Part shown: piece after piece, positions 14,669-29,783 of the stretch | Numbering within the stretch: the first letter of the stretch is position 1 | How the letters are laid out: every line of letters starts with the position of its first letter | Source of the DNA: Paraspadella gotoi | Taxonomy: Eukaryota > Animalia > Chaetognatha | NCBI GenBank assembly: GCA_051294375.1 | Contig: CM119270.1 | Location: 7,870,812-7,934,811 of the forward strand | Length of the DNA: 64,000 bases | Direction of reading: 5' to 3' | Position numbers and translations under genes: made by a program | Notes under the pieces: generated by a model | The model's database searches: none | What the model was told of the DNA's origin: nothing | Seen by the model: only the letters and a program-made list of their open reading frames with translations

Positions 14669-15009
14669 AGAAAGTGAAAGGAAAATTGAAAGAAAAATGA
14701 AAAAAAATTAAAGAGCGAAAGATGCTTTCTTTTGTCATTATTACTGAAAAAGACAAAAGAAAAAGAAAAAGAAAACAAAATCGAAAACAAAAATTTAAAA
14801 CGAAATAAAAAAAATATTTTAAATCACACCAAAACCGTCAAATATTAACTGAGACGAAGGTAATGAAAACTGAGACCTTACAAAGAAATAAACATTTTAT
14901 TAATTCAGTAGTCACGTACTAACAATAAAAACTACGCTCCCAAAATAATTTATTTGTCGTCAAAAAAGTTAGAGTCGATGATTTAACATTCATCAGATCT
15001 AGTTTCCGG

Positions 15010-15575
15010 CTACTCCCCACCCCCCACACCCACCCACTTCATTCCCCACCATCCCCCACCTCCACCAAAGACCGTTCCACCGTCGCTCCATGACATCCTC
15101 ATCGCCTCCTTCTCCTTCTCCCGCTTCCATTGCAAATCCCCCATCGCTTCCTCCAAAACTCCTCCTCCGCGTCCGAACTTCGCCTCCTCGCTTCCACCAT
15201 CCGTTCCAAGGAGGGAAAGAAACCTCAGCCTCGCCTCCGCCTCCCAATCTCTCGCTTCCATCATGACGACCGCTCTCGCTCCTTCCAGTTCCATTTCATC
15301 CTCCTCCTCTTCCTCCCTCTCCTCCCCACCACCACCCGCCACGCCCACCCTCCTCAACTTGCTCAACACCTCCGTCACGATCTCCGACGCCTCGTACTCT
15401 CTCTTCGCCTCTCGAAAATCTTCCGACGCCGTCGCCGCATCTCGCGACGCCGCCGTCGCCTCTTCGACGGCAGCGTCGAAACGGCGGTTGGCCTCTTTGG
15501 CAGCTTCGTTGGCGGCGGCCAGAGCCTTCGTCTTCTTGAGAAGCGCTTCGTCGCGAGGGAATTCTGCAGTCGTTG
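15010..15575 (-). CDS. Probable terminal exon of an unidentified Ala/Glu-rich coiled-coil protein
   Basis: ctccctttccAG| acceptor, then 187 stop-free codons to TAG (TTAEFPRDEALLKKTKALAAANEAAKEANRRFDAAVEEA...VGVGGGE*). Sharply GC-rich relative to its flanks. Confidence 0.6.
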
Positions 15576-16711
15576 CTGGAAAGGGAGTCGTTCAATTCTC
15601 AATTAATTAATTAATTAATTATTTTATTAATTATTTTTATTTTATTTATTGCCTTCGTCATCTTTTCCAATTGACGGCTCAACCTCGACTTCAAGTTTTT
15701 TCTTGTCTTTAGACAATTCATCGTCCGCCATTTTCCTTTTTTTGGTTTTGTTGTTTTTTTTTTTGTTGTTGTTTTTTTTTTTAACCAAAGTTTAATTCCT
15801 TTTTTTTCTTTCAAGTAGAAAAAAAAATTTCAAATTTCAAATTTAATAAGTTTTGTAATTTAAAGAACTAAAAAAGACTTTTAGTGGTTGGTTTTTCCCC
15901 TTTTTACTAAAATTAGTTACATACAAATATACATACATACATACATATTTAAGGCTGGCGAATAAAACATCGGAATCGCGTCGCTTATAATTCGTTTACT
16001 TTAATCGATTTTCTTATTATAAATTAGTTGACTTATAAATTAAATATATGAACAACCAACTAAACCCTTGTGGTTGCCGAACCGTATCGATGAGTAGCTA
16101 AACAAGTTTAATCAAAGCAGTTGATCAAAAAGAGAACGAGGTTTTCCGGTTTCCTCATCCTGAAACTTCTTCTTTACTTCAAGAAAAAGAAAAAAAAAAC
16201 ACTACGTATTCTGTCTCCCTCTCTAATTTCTCACTGCGTCGTTATAACCGGGAAAATTTAGGTTAGGTTGAGTGTGAGTATTTTATGAGGAGTAAGTGAT
16301 AATTCCTGGTGGACTTGAGATTGGATGGGTTTGGGGGTTCTGGGCTAATCGAAAAGCTGAGGGAAACTTTTTTTAATAGTTGCCAAGAATATTTTTTTCG
16401 ATATTTTTTTTCGCGGCACAAACATAGTACCCCTTCGTGGTTTTCGTTATTATCGATAAAAAAAATTGGATAAAAGGGAAGCAAAAAGAGAAGGAAGAAA
16501 GGAAGGAAGGAAGGAAGGAAGAAGAAGGAATGTTGGAAGAAGTAAGAGAAGGAAGGAAGGAAGGAAGGAAGGAAGGAAGGAAGAGAGGAAGGAAGGAAAG
16601 AAAAGAAGGCAACAAACCAGCCCGAAAGACGAAAACAAAATATTTACGAAAAGTAAAAAGAAATAAAAAAAATGTTAAATAATCGTTATCCTGTTTGTTA
16701 GAGCGACCTTC

Positions 16712-16812
16712 ATCTTCTTTAGAGCAGTTTTCCTCTTCGCTGGAGCGCTCTACATCTTACTTGGAGCAGTTTTCCTCTTCGCTGGAGCACTCTACATCTT
16801 ACTTGGAGCAGA
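16712..16812 (+). repeat. 42-bp tandem repeat (21-bp subunits)
   Basis: gagcagttttcctcttcgctggagc(g/a)ctctacatcttacttg repeated. Confidence 0.85.
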
Positions 16813-17105
16813 TTCCCTTTTTACCTCGAGATTCGGTTGTCAAGAGGAAAGGAAAACCTCTCGGTCTTCGAAGTTCGAATTTCAATGGAGGAAGGGATTT
16901 CTCGCTCTCTCTCTCTCATTCTCTCTCTCTCTCTCTCTCTCTCTGGAATATAGAGAGGAAAAAAGTGAAAGAAAAGGAAAGAAAGAAAAGTCAAAAGAGG
17001 AGGAATAAAAGAGAGAGGAGGTAACGGCCTTTGGAGAACAGCGGGGGGGAGGTTGATGAGCAAAAAGGATTGATGACAGTAAGAGTGTGTGTGTGGAAGG
17101 GAGAA

Positions 17106-17189
<84 letters not shown>

Positions 17190-17325
17190 AATTTCGATTT
17201 TTACGGCATCAAAGGCGCAGGTAACAGCAGAAAAGAAAAGAAAATTCAATAAAACTGATGGCGGAAACTTTTTTCGTGACGAAGCAATTATGAATCTGTG
17301 AATACGACAATTTACTTGGATTTTG

Positions 17326-17524
17326 TTGCCTCCCGCATAGCTTGGTGAAACTCAGATAAGTACTCGTTCACCAGCCGTGAGTTCCCGGTTCAATCCCCTC
17401 ACGGTCACGCTGGATAAGTGTGATGGTGTCGGCGTAAACACGCCAGAGATATGGGGTGGTCACTACAGGTCCAAAGCCCTGAGCGCCAGCTGTCGGGAGA
17501 TACCATTCCCCCGGGGCATCACAC
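17326..17524 (+). mobile_element. tRNA-derived SINE-like repeat (family C), copy lacking A-box segment
   Basis: B-box GGTTCAATCCC. Homologous to the reverse complement of 35405-35633. Confidence 0.6.
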
Positions 17525-18825
17525 ATGTCTCCCCGTTTCCAAAAGATCTCACATTTGTTGGCTGTTTCATAATTTCTAAAGCTTTCGGTGACATTTAGTG
17601 AAAAAAATCTGATTGATATTGAGGTTTACGTAGTTTCATGGCTGTATTAAAAAAAATTATTAAATCTATTTTCAAAAAGAAATTTAATAATACAACTTAT
17701 CAAAATCAAACATGAAGCAATCGAAATCAAACTTCATTGAATAAAGTTTATTCTTTTAAAAGTCATTTATTCTTTTAATTATTCAGAAAATTGTTTGGAC
17801 TGGAACACGAACGAGTCTGGACATGTCCGAAAAGATTTAGGGATAAAATGATGAAAAGAAAAAGACGGTTGATAAAAAAAGAAAGTTGATAACAACGTTT
17901 TGAAGTTTGGGAGGAAAGGAATGTTGTGATTTGATCTGTCCTCTCCAATTTGAAGAGAGGTGGCAGAGAAGAAGAGAGAAAGGAAATATGAAGAGAAGAA
18001 CTAAAAAAGATAAGTCATCGAGAGATGAACGGCTGATAAACTTGGAAAGTGATTGGCCCAAGAGTGACATAAAGTGAAAAAGAGAGTGTGCTCTTGAGTG
18101 CTACAGTGAGAGAGAGAATAAATTGAATCCTCACTTGAAACAGATTATCAAGAGAACAAAATTCTCTAGATAAATAGCAAATATCAAATTTACACTCCGT
18201 ATAAATTTTCGTTTTTCCGTTGAAATTCCCCGACGTAAAACTGATTCTAGATAAAAATCTCCTTCAGCTTAAACGTTTTTTTACTTATAACCTTTTTTTC
18301 CTTTTATTTTCCGACCAATCGGATTTTTTCTTTTCTTCCAAATCGACTCTTTTTTTTCACGGCCAATCGGCTTTTCTTCCTCCGACAAATCTACGGTTTT
18401 TCTTTCCTGCAAAAAAATTATTTTCTTTCTTTTTAAATCTTTCTTTCAACGATTCCATCAAAATTGCCTTTTTCTCTAATTTGTCTCGAAAATTTTCTTT
18501 TTCCTCTTTGGTTGATTTCTGTTTTTAGCTCCGACTGGTAAATTGGTTTTCCCTTCTTAAATTTAAAATCATTTTTCTTCCTTTTAATTTTCAACCATCG
18601 CGAGTTGTGGGAATTTTTTGTTCATTTTCCCGATAGGGTTTAGGTCAACGATGAGAACAACAACGAGAAAAACCCCACTGACGACAACAACGATAACAAC
18701 GTTATTAACAACAACAACGACGACAACAACAACAACAACGACAGTCTCTGATCGCGATAAAATGAGGCTAATGTCGCTCGTCTTCTCTCATTTCGCAGTC
18801 AATAAAACTCGTTTTCTGGTCGAGC

Positions 18826-18893
<68 letters not shown>

Positions 18894-20039
18894 AATCTCC
18901 CGCCGCGTTTTTTCCCCTGGGGATCCTCATGATGCGGAATCAGGACGATTTATCATCATAAATTCATAGGAATGGATATGAAAATTGTGATAATAAATAG
19001 ATGGTAATAATAAAGAAATGAAGAGTTAAGATTCGAATGCACAAAATAAAATGCTGTAGAAGTTACCCTATATTGCAATATGGATACATTTTTTTTAATT
19101 AAAAGGACAATAATTTGAAACATACATGAAGAAAATCAACATCATCGTTACAAATGTAGATTTTTCGATTATATCGTTTCAATATTATTTCAAAACAATT
19201 GAATAATTATTTTTTTTACTCATCATGAGTTTTAATACTTCACATCGTAATGTTTCAACTCCCATGCTTTTATTTTGCCAACGAAATTTCGCCATCAACA
19301 AATCAAAAGTCTATCGCAATTTTATTTCCAACTTCGACCAAATTGAAAAGTCTTGTCTCTTTTAAAAAGTTGTTAGCTAAATTGAGTCTGGGCTTCTTCC
19401 TCACTAATGCTAATTTCTTTCCTGTCGCGAATATTTTTTTTTCCCATCGTTAATTGATGTTGAAATTTTTCTCCCACTCGTTAATTGAGGTCCTTGAGAA
19501 CGACGACGACGACGACGACCACGTCGACGAAGACGACGACCACGACGATGGCAAAGTTCCTATAAAAAGGAAATAAAAGGGAAAACAGGGAGAGAAAGAA
19601 AGAAAGAAATATAGGCTGTATGTATAATATCGTATAATATTGTATATCCATTAGATTTGTAGCAAGAAAGCGATGAGTTAAAAAAAAGTAAGGAGTAAGA
19701 AAGTAGAAAAAAAAACCATCCGCAAAAAAAAAAAATAACAATGACTCGGGAGAAGAAAAAAAAAAGCAAACAAAAAAGCAAACAAAAAAAAGCGAGACAA
19801 AGAAAGATGCTCGTCGGCAGAATAATTTTCGAGTAGAATCGCAATGGCGACGGGTCGAGCGAAAGAAAAGCCGAAATGAAGTCGGCAATTAAGAAACACA
19901 ATGACCAACAGAATCGCCTCTCATTGGGAAGACATGGCATGGCATGAGCGAAGAAATGGCGAGGTGGCATGGACGAAGGAGAGCGAGGGGAAAAAATTTG
20001 GTAGAAAAGTGGTGGGCAATGATTAAGGTGGCATCTCTT

Positions 20040-20645
20040 CATCTATTTTGTCATTTCGAGGTCTACTTTGCCATCTATATTGTTATCTCTACGTCTATTT
20101 TGTCATCTCTACGTCTATTTTGACATCTCTAAGTCTATTTTGTCACCACTAAGTCTCTTTTGTCATCTCTACGTCGACTTTGTCATATCTTCGTCTATAT
20201 TGTCAATTCTACTTCTAATTAGTCATGTCTTCGTCTATTTTTCATCTCTACGTCTACTTTGTCCTATCTTTGTTTATTTTGTCATTTCTACGTCTATTGT
20301 ATCGTGTCTTCGTATACTTTATCATATTTTCGTCTATTTTGTCATGTCTTCGTCTATTTTGTCATTTCAACGTCTACTTTGTCATCTCTAGGTCATGTCT
20401 TCCTTTTTTTTTATTTCTGGGTCTACTTTGTCATATCTTCTTCTATTTTGCTATTTCTAAGTCTATTTTGTCATCTCTACGTCTATTTCGTCATCTCTAC
20501 GTCTACTTTGTCATGTCTTTGTTTACTTTGTCATATCTTTGTCTTTTTTGTCATGTCTTTGTCTATTTTGTCATTTCTACGTCTACTTTGTCATATCTTC
20601 CTTTATTTTGTCATCCCAAAGCTCTACGTTTATTCTGTCATCATC
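20040..20645 (+). repeat. 20-bp minisatellite (gtctattttgtcatctctac), ~30 units
   Basis: Directly visible. It explains the spurious F/V/Y-rich ORFs here. Confidence 0.95.
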
Positions 20646-20782
20646 TCTTTCCTTTATCCTTCCCTATTCGTTATTCCTTTTTTTTTTTTTTTGCTTAACC
20701 CATCATTTCTTATCTCACCCTTCAGAATTGGTGTAGAATGTTGAATCCAGAAGGGGATGATAACATGTGGGAGAGATGAGAG

Positions 20783-20837
<55 letters not shown>

Positions 20838-20998
20838 AGAGAGAGAGAGAAAGAGAAAGAGAGAAAAGAAGAGAGGAGTATATTTCGAGCAATTCGCAAG
20901 CGCGTGAATCTGAGACGCATTGACCTTTAACGGAGGACGAGAGGGGAAAAAAGAAAAAATAGAGAGAGAGAGAGAGAGAGAGAGAAGAGAGAGAGAAG

Positions 20999-21044
<46 letters not shown>

Positions 21045-21783
21045 AGGAGAAGAGAAAAGGGTACCATCAGTTGGGTTTCAATCAGTCTCTTTTTCCAACC
21101 ACTTATTTTTTTTCTTCTTTCTTTCCCCCTCATAGAAAATAATGTTGCCACTTGTAACATCTCGTTTTTCGCCGTCGAATTTAATCCCCGGCGCCCTCAC
21201 CTTTTTTTCTGATCGGTTATCTCTTTAGAATGTGGACCATGAGTAAAAGTCGTGTCGTTTGCATGAGTTTCTTTCTGACTCGGATCCTTTTTGTCTTTGC
21301 GAGTTATTTCGCCTAAATTTTCCGGCGACCGCCTTTTGTTTTTTCGAGATTGTTACCTCCACTCGAGTTTGCGAGGGAATTGTTCTTTTGTCGCAATTCG
21401 CATTTGGTTTGCAGATTTGGACTGCAATTGTTTTTATATTGTTGGTCGTCTCAGGCGAAAGAAAAGCAGACTGTCTCATTGTATTGCTTTTTATATTACA
21501 TTATTCTTTTACTATTTTCTATTTTCTTTACTTTAATCTTCACGCACAAAGTTTCTCGAGCATTTGCATCTTCACGCGTTTCATTTGCGCTCGAGTCTCT
21601 GGCAATCTTCCCACGTGGCTCTCTCACTTTTTTTTGGGTAGAAATTTTTCTTTTTTCTATCGCATCTTTTCGGTCCTGACTCTTTTTTCTCCTTGGAAAG
21701 GGGGAGGTTGGGGGGGCTTTTTTGTTTGCTTTTGCTCTCTTCTTTCTGTCAGTTTTCTCCCACACAATTCCCATTTTTTTGGC

Positions 21784-21885
<102 letters not shown>

Positions 21886-23989
21886 CGGACCACGAGCCTT
21901 TCCCGACGACAATTTTTTTCCCTCGAGATGGCGAAAATAATCATTTATCAGCGACCCACGGAATACCCTTGCGCTTCTCTCTCTCCTCTCTCTCTCCTCT
22001 CTCTCTCTCTCTCCTCTCTCTCCGTCTCCGTCTTCTCATCCTCGTCCTCATCTCTCTCTCTGAATTCCCGGTTTCGTTTTATTTGCCGAAAAGGGAGAGG
22101 GAGATTTGGTCACGAATTGTGGTTGGGGAAAGAGCAATGGAGGATAAGAGGAAGACTTAATTAAACAAGCGATATATATATAGATTATATATGTACTATC
22201 TAGGAAAAAAATATATCACATAATTCATTTATTCAATAAAAAATATACAAAACATGAGTAAAACATTCTTAGTATTTGGTATGGTATAAATTAAAAAAAT
22301 ATCTAACTCTATTCAAAATAAAAACAAATAAATAAATAGCAAAAATTGCTGAAAACTAAATATATTTTTTTTTGACATTTTTTATTTGAAGTAACAATAT
22401 TTTTTTGCCTAAAATTTCTAAACAATTTGACCTACAAAAAATGGAAGGAAGCTACTAAAAAAAATTTAATGTAGATTTAAAAACATTCTGATTTTTTTAA
22501 ATCAAATAAGTTTTTAAATAGATACATATCTTTTATTAAAAATGTTATATACTTTTTTCCTAGATAGTAGAAAGAACATACCATACATTTAATACAATTG
22601 TAAAAAGAAGGCGCTGTCATTACAAAGAAGGCGGATGTTGAGTGATGTCAATATAGTTGACAGTAAGAAGCGAACTCGTTTAAATGCTGCACTGAGTAAT
22701 CTTGGGGTTCGGTTAAAAAAAGAAAGTGATAGAGAGGGAGAATCGTAAGCGAGAAGCGTTGGAAGGGAGTGCGAATTCCAAAGAGGTCTCTGGTGGACTA
22801 TTTACGGTTTGATCCTGCCCCCTCCTTTTCCCCCTGAAATGATTCATGTTTTTCTCTCTCTTGCTCCCCTCCTCTTCCTCCTCTCCGGATTCTGCATCGG
22901 CCAAACCCTTGATGCAGAGGTCAACCCCCATGGCGCTGAGAAGGCAGGAAGTTTGTGTTTGTCCTTGCAATTGTCGATGTTTGGCGAGGAGGAAATCTTC
23001 TTCCGCAAACAAAAAAAAAAAAAACGATCGGGGTGATTTGCTTCGCTTCATATTTCGTTTCGTCATTGCGTTTGCGATGACGTTTATAAACTCTTCGATA
23101 AATTGAATGCTTTAATAGTTTAGCTAATCGGAAATTTTAAACGTCACAGGTTTACAAATGACTATTTGTCGTGTGTCACCTTGTATGTTGACCTAAAAAA
23201 TAAAAAAAAATATTTTGGAAATAAAAAGCGAATGAGATCAAGGTTACATCAAATATTAAAACAAATAATATTTAAAAACAAATTTAGATTGTTTTTCATC
23301 TGTTCTCTTCGAATCCACCTCTCAATCTTCACCCCTCCCCCCCCCCGCCTAAAATCCTTCGGTTTCCACTCGATCTTCGTCTTGACTTTTGTTTTACCGA
23401 ATCTTTTGTTTTCGTCGCTCGAGTAAACAAACTTTTCCTCTTCTTTCTTATTTGGCAGGGGACGGACGGCGGCTGTGGCTGTGGCGGCGGCGGCGGCGGC
23501 GGCGGCGACGGCTGCGGCGGCGTCGGCGGCGGCGGCGGCGGCGGCGGCGGCGGGAATGGCTTTGATCAGGAGGACGAGGCCAAGGGTGACGGGAATTGCG
23601 ACGTAGGGTAAATTAAAGATGGCGGCTGCAACGTCACGGGATGATGGTGATCGTCATTTAAGGTGGAAAATAAAAGTTATGCAGTGTGAATGTTAATGAT
23701 AGTAAAAACGTAAATTAACCAAAATAAGAGACGAAATTAAGAGCCTAGGATAACAACGACGACGACGGCGTTTGAACGTCTACGATAAAGGTGAAGACAA
23801 TAACGAAGCTGACGATGACGATGACGATGACGATGACGACAGAAGAGGATGACAATTACGACGATGAAGACGACGACGGGAAAGACGCCGACGACTACTT
23901 TGGGCGTCGGTTGTTCACGAGAATTTATTGTAACAACAAACATCTGGCAAAGAGAAGCTCCGACGGTGGAGAAATAGACTGGGGTCAAA

Positions 23990-24072
<83 letters not shown>

Positions 24073-24455
24073 ATTTGCCCAATGATGTCCGAGCTTTAGC
24101 GAGTGAGTTTTTTTTTCTTGGAATTGAATTTTGGTTCGACTTGAGGAGGCGGAGTCTGGATGTGGCAAAGGAATTTTTTGTTTTGTTTTTCTTTTAATGT
24201 TTTTAGGTTTTTTTTACTAATTTAAAAACTATACTAGAAAGGCAATTAAATATACTCAAATCTTAGAGTAACGGTTCCATAAATTACTACTATTTAAAAG
24301 GATTTAAATAATTGTTTAATAACAACTAGTATGACGACAAAAACGACGACAGCAAAGTCTATGGTGCGGGAAATTGGGTCAGAAATTGCGATTTTCCTCT
24401 CGACCGAAAATCGACCCATAAATCGCAAGAAGCGAGGATCGCTGTAGGGAGTGTA

Positions 24456-24568
<113 letters not shown>

Positions 24569-25063
24569 GAGAGAGAGACTTAATTTTTTTCGATAATCAG
24601 GATTCATTGAAAATCGGAGTTGATAGAAGTTCTTTGTACAAAGAGGGGAAACAAATACTGGAATAGAATTAGAAGATAAAACAATGACAAAGTCAAAGAT
24701 GACACCGACGGCAGTAAGGATGACGATGAGGATGACGAAGAGGATGACGAAGAGGACGATGACGAAGATGACAAATATGACGAAGACGCCGAAAAAAACA
24801 ATGAGGACGACGAAGACGGCAGCGACGACGACGACGGCAAAGATGCCTCGACCCCCCCCTCAAAAAAAAATCGCTTGGCTTAGACAAGCAATTATGACCA
24901 AGCGGGTCGATCGGAGGGGCACTGCAGGGCAAGAAGACAAAATTGCCATTTTGAATTATGTAAAGAGCGAATAAGCAAAAATAATTAGGTCATTCGATGC
25001 ATTGCTGATTCGTGACCCAAAGAAAGCTGAGATGAACCGGGAGGTCGATGGTAGGCGTGGCTT

Positions 25064-25182
<119 letters not shown>

Positions 25183-25314
25183 CTCTCTCTCTTTCGATCT
25201 TTCCTGACTACTTTCACTATTTTTTCTTGCTACTTTCTGTCTGTCTGTCCGTTAGTCCTTCTGTCTGTCTTTCTCTTTTTATCTGAATATTTTTCTCTCT
25301 GTCTGTCGGTCAAT

Positions 25315-25405
<91 letters not shown>

Positions 25406-26379
25406 TTTTCAGTGGCTGCAAATCACCCTGGGGAGTCTTCGACGAATCCCGTCACCCGAAATGTGATGGAATCTCGAGGAGATTTCCCCTCGAATTGGTA
25501 AACAACGAAGGAAGAAGAAAGGGAGGAAAGAAAAGGAATAGGAGAAAAAATAAAAGGGAAAAAAGGAAAAAAAGGGAAATGAAATTGAAAAAACGATAAA
25601 AAAAAGGAAATCAACAAATATAAATAGATTAAATATTAAAAAGGAAAGAAAAAAAAATAAAGAGAGGGAAAAAACTGTGTCAAAATAACATGGAGAAATA
25701 TCGAAAAAAGAGAAGCTACGAAAAAGTAAAAAGGAGAAAAAAGAAAGGAGAAAAAAAATTATAAAAAAAAACGTAAACGCCGAGAGATAATAATATTTTA
25801 GATTTCCTCTCATTCTCCCTCTACGCCTTCCCCATATTCTCCCCTCGCTGTCCTACTTATTTTTCACGTCCCTCCATCTCTCCTTTCAATTTGCCCAGCG
25901 CAGCCAATCCTCATCTAAAAAAAACCTTCTCCTTTTTCTTATTTATTACCTTTTTCCTTCTTCCTTTCCAAACTTCCTCCCTAATTTTATCAGTATATTA
26001 AAAATTTGTTTATTTATTTATTTTCGTCCTTCCATCAACCGACTTCGTGTTTGGCTCAGCGAGCATTAGAAGTAAGTTTCCTTTGGCGTGGGAGGAGGGG
26101 AACCCGGGGTGAAGACGAAAGGATATAGAGATGGAGTCCCCGCTGATGCGTTGATTAGATTAATCACTTCCTTCCTTTTCGATTTGAAAAAAAAAATCTT
26201 TTTTTCCTCTTCCCTCTTCCCGCCCGAGTGATTTTATACTCCTTCCTTTTTCTTTTTATTTTTTTTTACTTTTATTTTTTTACACATTTTTTTACACATC
26301 CTCTAACACTGTGCAATATTTCTACCACTTATTTTACACACTTTCTCCCTATCTTCACTCCTCTTCCCTTTCCAATGAC

Positions 26380-26610
26380 CTCATCTCGCTCTCACTTTCG
26401 CTTTCAATCTTGCTATCACTCTCGCTCTCACTTTCGCTCTCTCTCTCTCGCTTTCAATCTCGCTCTCACTCACTCTCGCTCTCTCTCTCTCTCGCTTTCA
26501 TTCTCGCTCTCATTTCCGCTCTCTCTCTCGCTTTCAATCTCGCTCTCACTCTCGCTCTCTCTCTCGCTTTCAATCTCGCTCTCACTTTCGCTCTCTCTCT
26601 CACTTTCACC
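26380..26610 (+). repeat. Compound CT-derived minisatellite (ctcgctttcaatctcgctctcact)
   Basis: Directly visible repeats. Confidence 0.85.
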
Positions 26611-26685
26611 TCAACGACTCCATTTCCCTCCATCTTTGATTCAGGCGACGAGAGAAGAACGAAGATCGATTGCCAAGGATCTCAT

Positions 26686-26840
26686 TGCCCGATGCCCATG
26701 GATCCATCAACTGCATTGCTTGATATCCATCATCAAGCAAATATTGCAAGGGTCTATTCACTGAATTTCAGTCCTCGTTATGTAGCTCGATGCCCATTGA
26801 TTCAACAACTGCATTGCTTAATGTCCAATATCAAGCGACT
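26686..26840 (+). repeat. Imperfect ~50-bp direct repeat x2
   Basis: cgatgcccat(g/t)gat..a.caactgcattgctt.at.tcca..atcaagc at ~26690 and ~26788. Confidence 0.75.
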
Positions 26841-27246
26841 TCTTCCTTCAAAATCGCCTGCTTCACATCGACCCTTTTCCCTGCATTTCTCTGCAAAACT
26901 TTGTCCTCTTTTCTGTCCAACTTTCCGACTTTAGAATCCCTTAATCAAATACCTAATGTCCTCGCAATATTTCGATACTAACCTGCCCTCACTTCACTCT
27001 TCACTCTCCATCCATCTAACTCCTTCTTCACCCTTTTTTGGTCAACCCGACCATAACTTTACCACCTCTTCACCGACCCCTACCCTCACCATCACCCACT
27101 CGAGTCAAGAAGCCGGAAATCTCGGATTTCGGGTTCAAGGTTTTGCAGAAAGAAATATCTCACGGCTGAAATCGAAAACGCAGAAGAAAACATTCTTTCT
27201 CTTTCTCTCTCTCTCTTCTCTGCTTTCCTCTCTCGTCTCTCTTCTC

Positions 27247-27372
<126 letters not shown>

Positions 27373-27454
27373 AATAACCGCATGATCGCTCGCTAGCATG
27401 CAACGCGACGATCTGAGACGCGCGCAACCACTTCCGGTTTTGTCGTTTCATCTG

Positions 27455-27550
<96 letters not shown>

Positions 27551-27966
27551 TCATAAATTTCTTCGTCACGCGCCTCCTTACGTTGCTCGCCGCAAACGTG
27601 AAAAGAAAAACGGTTTCTGGTGACGGAATTACTTTCCTTGATCGACGTCGTCGTCATCGTCGTCGTCTTCATTGTCGTTGTCGTTGTCGTCGTCGTATTC
27701 GTCGTCGTTTTTTCCTTCAATATTTATGCCTTCGTCGACGTCGACGTCTTTTTCTCTCTTTTTTCATGCGTGACATTTTTTTTCTTTTTTCTCATTACAA
27801 TTCAAAAGCGATCATCTAAAATCTGCAAGAAGAGTTTTACGGATTACGATTGTGTATCATATTCATTTCAATAACTTCATCGTCGTCATCTCTTCGATTT
27901 CTACGATCTAATGTTTTTTTTCCCGCTTTGTATTTATCTCCGTCGTCTTCATCGTTATTTTCGTCG

Positions 27967-28068
27967 TTTCTGTCACATCCTGTCATGTCACCGAGGTCAT
28001 TACGAACGACATCTTCTTTTCTGTCACATCCTGTCATGTCACCGACGTCATTACGAACGCCATCTTCG
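27967..28068 (+). repeat. 51-bp tandem duplication
   Basis: tttctgtcacatcctgtcatgtcaccga(g/c)gtcattacgaacg(a/c)catcttc x2. Confidence 0.9.
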
Positions 28069-28234
28069 TTCTCCACCTCAGAGGAAATGACAGTTTACAT
28101 CATTTTCTTCATTTTTTTTCCATTTCGATGCCGTTTTTTCCATTTCCCCTGTTTTTTTCCTCGTTAACTTTATCGTCTCCATTATCGTTTATTCTTCTCT
28201 CGGGTGGAAAAACATGTCGCTTTCTCTCTGTTTC

Positions 28235-28344
<110 letters not shown>

Positions 28345-29746
28345 TGTTTCGCATCTGCTCTCGGTTCCGCTACTCTATTATTCTCACCAAAATAAAAGTT
28401 TGTCAATTATTGATTATTATTTTCCTTGTTTTCTTTGCAGACGATAAATTCACCCCAAAATCCACGAAGATAAAAAATCGACAACAACAACAACAACAAC
28501 AACAATCACGGATAATCATATTTGTCGCTCTCATGGCGGATGATTATGGAATGAAGAATAAGTCACGTTTATAAAATAACAGCTTACATTTCAGGATCGA
28601 CAATAAAAAAAATATTTATATCACAATATTTATATTTATATAATATTCATTATCAGGTCGTAATTGGTTAAAACCTAAAAAGTTAATCGGTAGACAGGTC
28701 GACAGGTTTAATGGTTTTCTCACTTTTTTTCTGCTCCCATCAGCCTATTTTAGAATGACATATTGGATGGGCTGACCAATGTCCTTTTTATCCGCTAAAG
28801 ACGGTGTCTTCCTTACGGTATTTTCCCTGTCCTCATCGTCTTCATCGTCGTTGTCACCATCGTCGTCGTTTTCTTTCTACTTCCGGAGTCAAAATTACCG
28901 GAAAATGGGAGACGGAAGCAGAAAAAGGGCGAAAAGGAGAAGGAAGGAAGATGAGAGAAGAGGAAAATAGAAAGAAGAAATAAAGAAGAGAATATCAGAG
29001 GATGAGGAGAAAGCCTGTGACAGAAAAAGATTTAAAAAAATTCTATATTCATCTAATGTTAACTTTACCTACTTAGATATATATTTTTTTTTTATTAAAC
29101 GTTAGGAAATTCTTAATTCGCTTGTCTTACTCTTAGCCCAGATTTTCCCTGAAAAAAAATAGGTCGACAACGTGGTTTTGAAAAACATTTTTCTCCCCTT
29201 AAGAAAGAAAATTATTTGGAAGAAGGTTATCAAAAAAAAAATATTGCAGCCTTAAAAAAGAGCGTTACTAGGATAGAAATGCCCAACTTCTATTCCCAAA
29301 CGGAAGGAACACCGAAACTATAACAACAACAACAACAACAACGCTGCAACTACTATGGAATACGCAAAAAAATATTGAATAAAAGAGAAACTAAGAGTAA
29401 AAAAATAAGCCATTTGATTTGTTTGTAGGAGCATTTTAGTATTAAATATAATTTACCTAATACGCATTTTCAGGTATGAAGGAAACGTAATAAACAATTA
29501 ATGAAAGAGGAATGAAAATTAACAAACTAACAAACATCACGTCGGCCGAGAAGAGAATCTTCAAAAGAGACTCCCGTAAATGATACGTGAAGTCTTAACA
29601 AACAACAAGTTTTATTAATAATTGCAAGTTGACGTTTCGACTGTTTCCTTCCTCTCGTCAGCATCGCTTATTTCATTCTCTTAAACAAACAAAAACAAAA
29701 AAACCAAAACATTCAAAAAACAACAAAACAAATAAACTTCCAAAAA

Positions 29747-29783
29747 ATGGCGACGAAAACGAAGACGAAGCCAGTGGCCAAAG
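29747..29783 (+). CDS. Candidate first coding exon of the FRMPD-like gene (MATKTKTKPVAK-G)
   Basis: aaaATGG start context and a perfect AAG|GTGAGT donor. Its phase-1 end fits the phase-1 acceptor at 38352. There is no homology support, so the link to the gene is inferred. Confidence 0.45.

Noticed and set aside
15130-15610. + strand S/A-rich ORFs
   Set aside because: Antisense shadows of the - strand exon, which has the acceptor and the more protein-like frame.
23459-23607. Gly- or Ala-rich exon
   Set aside because: Essentially a (GGC)n microsatellite; splice sites are possible but there is no independent support.
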